DNA from: Phyllobates terribilis
Lineage: Eukaryota
Direction: 5' to 3'
Assembly (NCBI RefSeq): GCF_046119375.1
Contig: NW_027362765.1
Location: forward strand, 120,528,001-120,592,000
DNA: 64,000 nt
The notes under the pieces are model-generated. The model was not told where the DNA came from, made no database searches, and saw only the letters and a program-made list of their open reading frames with translations. Of this stretch, positions 10,801 to 21,600 are shown piece by piece (position 1 is the stretch's first letter; each line of letters opens with the position of its first letter). Both the position numbers and the translations under genes were made by a program.

Positions 10801-13376
10801 AGGAAGTCAGGTGTCTGGGTTCGCACGAAAGAGACAGTTGGTTGTGGAGAGCAGACCGGCAGTTGGGGAGAAACAGTCTGACCTGCCGACAACGAGAGAG
10901 AGACGTGCTGCCCTGTCCTCGGTGAAATAGAGACGTGCTGACCTGTCTGCGGTGACGGACGAACGGGTGACACAGCTTGCCGCAAAACAAGGGGCGTGCG
11001 GTCTGTACCGGGCCTACAGAAAGTGATCGTTCAGTTACCTGCATCACCACAGTTTTCCAGACATCTGACGGTGACCTACGGGTGAGGACGCACCCGGGAT
11101 TAGTGATCCTAACGCAGTTTGTTGCACGCCGGAGGAGCTTGCTACGGCTCTTAAAGGACTCGTGACCGCTGTCGTGTGGTCAAAAGGACTGGGGGCCCAG
11201 TGGGTGAGACCCGAGACCGCCCACTGCCGCCAGAAGACGGACACCCTCCGGAGTGAGTGTCTGAAGATGGACGTAGTTATCGCTAAAGGACAGATAAGTG
11301 CAAGCCTCCAGTAATCTACCTTCTCTTATTCAGCCTGAACTTTTGGGACTGCGCCGTATTGTTCATCCTTTCCGTGTTAAAGTTAAACCACAATCGTTTA
11401 TTGGCCGATTTTACTGTTTTATTGTTGTGTTACTTAAATTTACACTCCCTGCGTGGAGATACCAAACTTGAATTAAACCTTTGCCATACTCTCTGCGTGC
11501 TGTGTGCGGCATCTGAGCCTTTTAACATGTGCAGGGTTATACAGCGCTCCGCATTCAGAGAACTGGTAGACCTGCAGCAGATAATACAGGGATTTTTCTT
11601 AAAACTGCAGTAATCAGCCCATTAAGAGATACATCCGGGTCTTCTTCCCTACATCATGTTGCTCACAGATAAGATAGCAAAATCCTGGTGACAGATTCCC
11701 TTTAAGTCCTAATCATGAGAGTATACCCTGGAATATGTATAGCTCTGCCCCAGTCACCAAATATTTTATCTGCGTTGTTCAGGTCTTGGAAAGAATTCGG
11801 AGGGGCGAGTGGAGCCCGTTCAGGCCGTGGTCTTACCTAAAGGAAAATCTCTGGATCAATGCTTAGAATTTCAACAGCGGAAGCAGAAAGGAGGGCGTCC
11901 TGTCCCCAAAGCCAAGAAAAAGCGACAGGCCAAGCCGCCAAGAGTTGGGCAGAGCGGCAATGCTCACCGCAATATCTTTGACTTTTTAAATGAGAAACTG
12001 GAACACAATTCGTCTCTTAAGCAGACGGCAGAGACTGGCATGGAGAGGAAAGGCAAGGAATTGTACAATGCCAGTAAGGACAGCAAGCGGGCTCTGAACA
12101 TTGCACTAGCACAGACGACCGAGAAGATCCTGCAGAAGCAGAGGGAGATTGGGAGGATGGCTGAGGCTTTGGCACGTAATGTGGGAAGGTAAGCCAGAAT
12201 TACTTGGGCACATTGGTGTATATAGTATACATGAGGGCACAGCTGCAGGAACAGCCCAGCAGCCTTGCCTTATATGATCCTTAGCTGATAAGATTTGTGC
12301 AAAATTACAAAAATTTTCATCTGTTGGGTTTTCACACCAGTTTTGCCCAGCTGCGCCTAAATGGGAGCAGTTGGGGGAAAACGGGGTCACTACGGCACAA
12401 TTCGACTAAGTTATGACAAGCTGTGGTGTGCCTTACGCCAAAAAGCTTACTCCAGTAACTGACTGGAGTAAGATCTGTGGCAAGGTGCATGCCACTTGTC
12501 ATAGACTCTGGATTCTTGAAGAGGCGTGCGCCCCTTAGTGAATCGGGAGCGTCTGACTCTACACGTGCTCCCAGATCAAGGCCGGCCTCAACATCACCAT
12601 TCTTGATAAGTCGGTGCCAATGAATATTAGAAAGGTATAGGACCTGGTTCATTATTTGCACCTTATTTTTTGTCTAGTATTTGATTTTCACCTAATTCTT
12701 CTTTTAAGTTGTGCCTTTTTTTAACGTCTCCTTTTATTTACTCACTTGTTTGTTGTTTTTTTAATATTCACCATTATTCACTGAGTTTGGGGTTTCCAGA
12801 TATTTTCGGGTGATTCATTAATTGAGACTTTTTGAAAGATTCACGAAATTTGGCTCAAAAATATACTCCAGACCCCCCCCAGAGTGATTTTTTTTATTTT
12901 TTATTTGTACTTCAGTTATTTTGTGAACCGTGCATGTTTTTGCACTGAAAGTTCACAAAACAAGTCAAAGCTAAAAGTTTTGACTTGACGCAAAATTCAT
13001 CCATTTTGAAGAATTTTGCGCATGAAAAAAAAAAGAAAAATGACTTTAAAAGAACGCAAATGATAAATTGTAGCCATAGAATTTTTCATATGTCCTATTT
13101 GAGTCCATAAAATTGCTGCCTCCATCTAAAAAAAAAAAACAGCCGCAGCCGTCTGGTGAGACGCCAAGGCTCTGTGCACATGTATAAACCAGGCCTGGCT
13201 TTTATTTCACCTTTTCTTGCTTTTGATCCTCGCGCAGAGACAGCGTTGTGAGCGTACAGCTGGAATCTCGTCTCTCGAGCGCTCGCTCTGAGCTCACAGA
13301 CCTACAGCAGCAGGAGAGGAGTCTGCAGAGAGAGCAGAAGAAGGCGGACACACACAAGAAGATGACGCAGTTCTGA
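7099..13376 (+). CDS. ZGPAT: Zinc finger CCCH-type with G-patch domain protein, complete spliced CDS (498 aa)
   Basis: Exons 7099-7634 (MDEESL...CCCH finger CPYFLDGKCRFNENC), 7930-8063 (RFSHG...Tudor-like WYPARIT), 8141-8299, 9277-9399 (G-patch HTRGIGSKLMARMGY), 11783-12188, 13238-13376 (KADTHKKMTQF*). Total 1497 nt, phases consistent. Head-to-head with ARFRP1 as in other vertebrates. Confidence 0.96.
10212..10458 (-). mobile_element. Short poly(A)-tailed retroposed fragment (5'-truncated LINE end or processed mRNA end)
   Basis: T run of about 23 nt on plus; ATTAAA shortly upstream of the A tail on minus; interrupts a MITE. Confidence 0.55.
10652..11527. mobile_element. Solo LTR (876 bp) in ZGPAT intron 5
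   Basis: TG...CA termini (tgtaag / tttaaca) flanked by a 4-bp TSD tgtg (10648-10651 and 11528-11531); inserted in a TTAA-type MITE that ends at gattccctttaa near 11705. Confidence 0.8.
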
Positions 13377-13480
13377 GCCGGCGCGCCATGTACATACCTC
13401 TGTATAGATCAGCGAGATTGTATGACCTATGTATCATCATGTATATTCTCCCAATTTGTTTTTGTGACTTAAAAAAAAAA

Positions 13481-13490
13481 AATAAATAAA
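13481..13490 (+). terminator. Probable ZGPAT polyadenylation signal
   Basis: AATAAATAAA about 105 nt after the stop codon, followed by T-rich sequence. Confidence 0.6.
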
Positions 13491-15623
13491 AATAAATATA
13501 TATATTTTTTTTATTTTACACAATGTTCCATGAAATTTTTATTTCGGGCAGCCTGGTGCATCCACCTGGGTATGTCTTCTAACCCCCACCTCCCCTTTCC
13601 TTTCAATGTCATGATGTTCAAGTCAAGGGAGTGCCACACCACAAGCGGCTTCCTGTGAGTAGTCTGCATTCCCCGTAGTCTTCTTGTCCTCATTTTCACA
13701 TCATTCTGCTCTGTTCTGCTCTTCTTGCTCCTTCTGCTGCTTCTTCAGGTTCAGCTTGTGCAGTCTTGTCTTCTGGTGTTCGTGATATCTCCCGAATCTG
13801 ACGTTCGCCGCCTGCTCGCTTCAGTCTACTCCATCTTACTCCATCTTGCACTATTGCCTGCTGTTCTTCCTAGATCTTCATCTTAGGACGCAGTGGTCAA
13901 TGTTAGGTAAAAACCCAATGGCCAGAGATCCTCTGTAAAGGTAAGGAGGCAGTGAGAAGTGGAAGTGATGGGGAGCTAGAAGAGTGTGGTCCGAAATTGC
14001 TAAGTGTGATGATACCATGATGGTTACGTAATTCCAAGACCTCTTTCTGATATCAGGTTAGACATGGGCCATGTTCTTGGTAAGATAATCTGAGAAGTTC
14101 CTCATTATTCTGTGCCTTATGGGAATAACTTTTTACAACTTCCCTACATGACTGAATTCCAGGACCATCGTCCTATTGAGCCTTACAAGCCTTGATTCCC
14201 CTTTTCAGTAGCGTGATCACTTATTCAAAGGATAGGTGATTACTTGCAGATCATTGGGACACCAATCTGTCTCAAGAACTAGGCTCTAGTCTGCCAGATA
14301 TCACCCATCCTTTGGATTAATGATCAGAATAACACATCAGGCGTTTTCAGGTGTGAGATGGTCGCTTTGGTTCTCTTCCAACATTGAGTATTGGGACATT
14401 GGTGGGTGATCTTGCTTCTGACTTCGCACTGATGAAATCTTCCCATGCTTTTGTTGAGGCCGTCATAGGAAAGACCATTGTGTAAAGGATGAGCTTGAAG
14501 ATACTGGTGGTTCTGCAATCTTTCTCCTTGTATTTTACCTTTTTTTATTAGTGATTTGGAGAACTGATGAAAGTTTAGAAGAGTTATCACTGTTGATTGG
14601 AGGCCATAATGTAGAAGAAGGTGGATTTGGTATGACATGGCCATTGGAGAATCTAAGTATAAATTGGTGCCACCTCTATGAATGTTGTGTGGGTCCATTT
14701 ATCAGACATGCTGGATTCAAAAACCTCTTACGCAGTCAGTGCTTATGAGCACACGTTTTCTCACTGAGTTTTCGGAGCAGAAACTTTGAGCATGTGAAAG
14801 GTTTTGGATTTTTGAGAAAGATTTTGAATTTAAGCTCCATTTCTGTTCCAAGAACTCCTTGAAAATCTCCAAAGCCAGTGAGTGAAAACCAGAAATGACA
14901 ACCATTACAATGCGCATATGGGTGGTCGCCAGAGACTATGAATGACCTGTAAATCTGAATTTGTATATGCACCATCTCATACATATGACTACTATGCCTA
15001 TGCGTCAGCCCTACAATTCTTGCATTCTCATCATGAATGTAGGAAAGCTCTAAATAAAGTGTGAGGTAGGTCCCTCTGATCGGGGAGCGTGGTTGACGGC
15101 AGTAAAGAAACCTAAATGACGTATTCTGTATGACTGCAGATCTACGGCATTCAGGGTGTGTAGAGAGCTGAGTGACGAGAAGGAAGACTCCAGGGATTTG
15201 TATGATCACGTAGCACCGCTATTGCATGGAAATAACTGGCAAAAATGACCCGTGGCTGTAGTGATATGACAGCCCCAGCATGCTCTGTCACACTAAACTT
15301 GACCTTAGAGTCCTGGTGGTTAGTTCCCAGTTGATTGCACCCGATCTGATACAACCCACTCCCTTCAGCTGGTAAGATCTGTGCAAAACCACATGTGCTG
15401 CAAACCAGCGCACCTGCATCTGCACAGGAAGTGGTCTAACAGCACCGAGCGAGGACGCTGCAGCCTGTGCATCTACCCTGCGCCTACAGCTGACGGCACA
15501 CAAACTGGAAATGATTTTTGAAAAATCATCTCTTCCCCAATGGTATTTTACAAGTGACTGGAGTACGGCATTGCTTCAGCTTTTATTTTCTTTCCTTATA
15601 GGTACCAAGTCAAGGTTGCCATA

Positions 15624-18600
15624 ATGGCTCCACGTCTTGTCACCTCTGAGTCTGAAGGCCACATCCTTACTCCTGTCTTCTCTGCCATGGGGCTATTCCT
15701 GCTGCTCTGCGGCCTCTGCATGTTCTGCAAAAAGAGGTACGTGCAGATGAGACTTTAAAGGAAATCACAATGTGACAGCGGGATGTCACTGACCAATGAT
15801 GCCTGTCTCTGTGTAGCCCTAACCCTAATGTTAGCACCATGCTTTGCCCTATTAAAGGGAATCAGTCAGCAGGTTTTTGCTAGTAATCTGAGAACTGGAA
15901 TGGGCAGAGACCCTGATTCCAGCAATGTGTTACTTATTGGGCTGCTTGTTGCAGTTTCAATAAAATAAGTGTATGATCAGCAGGAGATTATCACTAGAGG
16001 ACTACGTACTCACAACATAAGGGCCGCGTGGTGCCTGTATGGGCAGCGGAGTAACTTGATGATTGTAAGTCCCAATGATTAATCTGTATATGGCTCTGCT
16101 AACCATGTGCCCTTTATAATACTAGCGACTTCTTATGCCTTTGGACCATCCTTGGTGCCGTGTATGACTACCTGTACACTCCATAAATATGAGGAGGCCT
16201 CTGGTTTCATAAGAAATTATATGACCTGTAAAGAGTTGTCACAACCTAAAAGAAATCAATAAAAATCTATTTTTATTAGAAAAAAGCACAAAACACAATA
16301 AAAATACCATGCTAGCTAGCAAATGGCAGAATGAGTATAGGAAAAATTCCACACAATAATAATGAATGAGGTTCACAGATCAAAAAGGAGACAGAGGAGT
16401 ACGTGGGTAGAAAAGGTGAAAAAAGTTGTTCTGTATATCCTTCCGTTATAAAGCATGGGCATATATACTGAGGATAGTCAGCGGCGACATATATACAATT
16501 ATATACAGTGCATTAAGAGTTCAATACCATATAATAATAATAATAATCTTTCTTTTTATATAGCGCTAACATATTCCTCAGCGCTTTACATACATTATCG
16601 TCGCTGTCCCCATTGGGGCTCACAATCTAGATTCCCTATCAGTATGTCTTTGGAGTGTGGGAGGAAACCGGAGAACCCGGAGGAAACCCAGGCAAACACA
16701 GGGAGAACATACAAACTCCTTGCAGATGTTGTCCTTGGTGGGATTTGAACCCAGCGCTGCAAAGCAACAGTGCTAACCACTGAGCCACCGTGCCTACCAA
16801 AAAAGGTATAAAAAGGTAAAAGAAATAAGTGGCATTGACAAAATCAATATTGATGTAGAAACATGTACATGTGCATCTCACTAAATTAGAATATCATCAA
16901 AAAGTTAATTTATTTCAGTTCTTCAATACAAAACGTGAAACTCGTATATTATATGGCGTCATTACAAACAGAGTGATCTATTTCATGTGTTTATTTCTGT
17001 TAATGTTGATGATTATGGCTTACAGCCAATGAAAACACAGAAGTCATTATCTCAGTAAATTAGAATACTTTATAACAACAGCTTGAAAAATGTTTTTAAA
17101 ATCTGAAATGTTGGCCTACTGAAATGTATGTTCAGTAAATGCCCTCAATACTTGGTCGGGGATCCTTTTGCATCAATTACTGCATCAATGCGGCGTGGCA
17201 TGGAGGCGATCAGCCTGTGGCACTGCTGAGGTGTTATGGAAGCCGAGGTTGCTTTGATAGCAGCCTTCAGCTCGTCTGCATTGCTGGGTCTGGTGTCTCT
17301 CATCTTCCTCTTGACAATACCCCATAGATTCTCTATAATAGATTCTCTATGGGGTTAAGGCCAGGCGAGTTTGCTGACCAATCAAGCACTGTGATACTGT
17401 TGTTTTTAAACCAGGTATTGGTACTTTTGGCAGTGTGGACAGGTGCCAAGTCCTGCTGGAGAATGAAATTTCCATCTCCAAAAAGCTTGTCGGCAGAGGG
17501 AAGCATGAAGTGCTCTAAAATTTCCTGGTAGACGGCTGCGCTGACTTTGGTCTTGATAAAACACAGTGGACCTACACCAGCAGATGACATGGCTCCCCAA
17601 ACCATCACTGATTGTGGAAACTTCACACTAGACCTCAAGCAGCTTGGATTGTGGCCTCTCCAGTCTTCCTCCAGACTCTGGGACCTTGATTTCCAAATGA
17701 AATGCAAAATGTACTTTGCATTTACTTAGTGTCAGTGACTGCCTTCTGGACATCTGTCAAGTCAGCAGTCTTCCCCATGATTGTGGAGCCTACTGAAACA
17801 GACTAAGGGACCTTTTTAAACACGTAGGAAGCCTTTGGAGGTGTTTTTTGTTAATTATTTTAATTTACTGATATAATGACTTTTGTGTTTTCATTGGTTG
17901 TAAGCCATAATCATCAACATTAACAAATAAATACTTGAAATAGATCACTCTGTTTGTAATGACTCTATGATATGGGTGTGACTTTTTGTATTGAAGAACT
18001 GAAATTAATTAACTTTTTGATGATATTCTAATTTGGTGAGATGCATGTTTTACTAAAAAATAGCTTTATACTTGACAAATGCTGTAAAATAATAAGACAC
18101 GCAACCATCACTGTACCACTCTCCAAACCCTTACCCGGAGAGGGCAGAGCAGGCCTGGGTCAGGCAATCCCTCTTCCCAATCTTATTAATGCAGTCACTG
18201 AAGGCCGTCTTAATATCAGGAATGGAGAGACAACCCTAAATAGAAAGGAGCAGTTTTATTTAATATCTGGTACCACCCTAATAGGAACCCCGATTGTCAG
18301 GGTATTTATTAAACTTGACACTAATTAACATCTAAGCTGCTCACACTAAAATGTATCCAGACAAATCCCTCACTATAATGTAGGCTCAAAACACAATAGA
18401 AAAGCAAATGTTATGTATATATGCCTGCACTGTTGTATCTGATTTATAACAGTATAAGCACAGGCAATCCACATGCTATATGACATATAGAAAAAAGTTG
18501 AAACACTTTACCCATGTCCCAGGGTGTACTGCATAATACAATAATAATTATTATTGTGTGGAATTTTTCCTATACTCATTATACCATTAGCTAGCTAGCT

Positions 18601-21600
18601 TGGCATTTTTATTGTGTTTTATGCGTTTTTCTAATAAAAATAGATTACTCTGTCGCCTCACTGGGGGACACAGGACCATGGGGTGTTATGCTGCTGTCCA
18701 CTAGGAGGCGACACTATGCATAATCTGAAAAAGATTAACCGTGGCTCCTCCTCTGCAGTATACACCCCTGGACGGCATCAGCCTTCTCCAGTTTTTGCTT
18801 AGTGTCGCATAGGAGGCACACCTAAAATTTTTACTCCGTTTTCACCGACTTGATTACAGATGAAGAAAAGTGGGTCTACTACGAGACTCCCGGCTTGGCT
18901 CCTTCCTCGGCCCCTTATTATGGGGTGCACGGTTGAAGTCGAGATGGCTATTCCCCATGTCGCTCCTTCCCCAGCCCCTCGGGTGCTGGTTCGACGTCGA
19001 GACCCCCCTCCTTCCCCAATTCCTTTTGGTTTCTGGGTTGAGGTCGAGGCGAGGATATAGCCCCCTGATGGTGACAACAGCACCTCCCTAATCCCCCCCT
19101 GGGGGTATTAGGTTGAAACGCCTCAGGTAGGGCCTGTACAGGCAGCAGCTCCCAGCAGCCAGCACACTACGGCTGAATCCAGGGACCCCAGCCTTGCGGG
19201 CTCCTGTCGGGGCCGGGGGGAGTGCAGGCAGAACACAGCAGAGGCACAGGCCTCCCTGCGCCCTGTTCCTGCGGCAGCACCAGCTCTACGGTGCTTCAGG
19301 GGTGCTCTTCACAGGGCCCCCCCCCCCCCTTCCGTTTATACCCCACCGCTATCCTACCTTTAAATCCGGGGGGGGGGCCCGGTTCAGATCCGGCCCCCTC
19401 CCGGACTTCCACGCCAGCCTGCAGTCCCTTTGGGCATCAGGCATCTAATTTAGGCCGCGGCTTCGGCCTAGCCGAAGCCGCCACCTCCTCTCCCCGGCCC
19501 GGCCCCCGGATGACAAATATGACACTCTACAGTGTCATAGAGGGGGCGGATCGAGACTGAAAGGGCGCGATTTCACACAGTTCTGCCGCCCTTTTCAGCT
19601 CTCCGCCCCCCTTCTTTCTTAACTTTACTCTGGCTGCCATTATCTGCTGCAGGATAAGGGAACACAAGCCAGTCTCCGGGGGGCTCAGGACTGTGGATCT
19701 TCGGTTCTGGACCTAGGGGCACACTGGTGGGATAAGATCACAGCTGGAGTTCTTCCTCGGCTGTGAGTCCATATTCCTTATAGGCTCCTCTGCATAGCCA
19801 CCCCTGTAGGGCCCTCTGCATAGCCACCCCAGTGCACTATGCCGGGCTCAAGGTCCAAGAGAACCAGACAGGACTGCTGTTATGCACTCTGTACAGCCTG
19901 CAGCAATACTCTCCCAAGTGGCAGCACGTACCCGCACTGCCAGGACTGCACCCAGACTACTGTGCCAGAGCCCCAAGAAGCCCCTGCCAATGCTTCGGTG
20001 TCTAATGCCACGCTGGAATGGGTCACTCAGATGTCGCAATCTATGACGCAGTCTATAGATAACCTAACCTCCACATTGCCTCAGGTTCTGCAGAGTCATG
20101 CCTCGGCTATGAACGCTACCCAGCAAAGGGAAGGCTCGACTCGGGGACATGATGACCCGGGCACATCCACGTCTAGGTCAGGACGCAAGCGGACCCACAG
20201 GTCACGTTCATCTGCGTCATCCCATAGCACACGGTCATCCCCTTCTAGGGAGAGACACCGTAGTTCCAGGTCATCTAGACCGTCCCCTGCCAGGGACAGA
20301 CAATGCAGTTCTCCGCAGCGATCCCCGACCAGAGAAGGCCTCCACCCTGGTTCACCCAGCAGGATACGCCTTAGCGATACACAGGATTCGGAAGGCATCT
20401 GTGATTCCGACTCAGACAAGGAAACTGAAGGGTCTCTGATCCCAATCCCCCCTAGCAATACAGCGCTAGTTGAGGACGTAATCTCGTCCATCCATCAGGT
20501 GCTGGACATTTCTGATCCGCCCCCGGAGGCACCACAACACAAGATTTCCTTTGAAGGAGTTCTGAAACCGCCTAAGGTCTTCCTTGACCACCCAGAGTTT
20601 AAGTCGATCCTTAAAAAGCAGTTCTCACAGCCTGAGAAGAAGTTTACCAATCGCAAATATCTGGAGGCGCGGTACCCCTTCCCACAGGAGACCACCAAGG
20701 AATGGACAGATCCACCAGAAGTGGATCCCCCAGTCTCTAGGCTAGCAGCACAGTCACTCCTTTCACTGCCAGATAGCTCAACCCTCAGGGACACAGCAGA
20801 CCGGCAGGTAGAACGCATGGCTCGTTCAATTTTCGAGGCCGCAGGGGCCTCCCTGGCTCCCGCGTTCGCTTCAGTTTGGGCTGCCAAGGCCATCCTGGCT
20901 TGGGCCCAAAATTTACCATCTGGCCTCCCAGTATCTGCTCCTAAGCTGTCTGACCAAGCGGTTGAATTAGCAGATGTAGCAGATTACATGCTTCATGCAG
21001 CTCTGGATTCTGCAAGGGGTGCAGCGGGGATAGCATCAAACGCCATCACGATTCGGTTTATCCTCTTGCTGTGGGAATGGAAAGCAGACGCAGCCTCAAA
21101 GAAGTCCCTCACGCACCTTCCTTACCTCAGTGGTCGACTTTTTGGTGAACAGTTGGACACTATAATATCCAACGCCACCGGGGGTAAGAATACCTCTCTC
21201 CCCCAACTGAAACCCAAACGCACTTACAAGAAGCGTAACCAAACTCTATTCCGATCCTTTCGGAACTCTTCGGGCTGGTCCGTCTCGCGGCCAGCACAAA
21301 ATAGCAACCGCCCCATACGCAGGGACAACTCGCGGTCGACGCAAAAGTCGGACCAGACCTGGCAATCAAAAGCAGGCCAGTCAAAGTTTAAAGGAGGAAA
21401 ATCTCAGACTTCCTCTTCATCATGACTCACGGACTCCGGAAGACACCCCACCTGTAGGCGGCCGACTTTTGCTCTTCAATCAAGTCTGGCTGCCTATTAC
21501 AGAAGACAGGTGGGTCAGGGAACTAGTGTCTTCGGGATACAAGATAGAGTTCACTTCCAACCCACCAAACAGACTCTTTCTTTCTGTTCCCCCAAAACTG

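Noticed and set aside
16868-18353. The duplicated Tc1 plus exon block as a misassembly related to the nearby N gap
   Set aside because: The copies differ by multiple substitutions and by distinct internal deletions, which a collapsed or duplicated contig would not show; long-read confirmation is still desirable.
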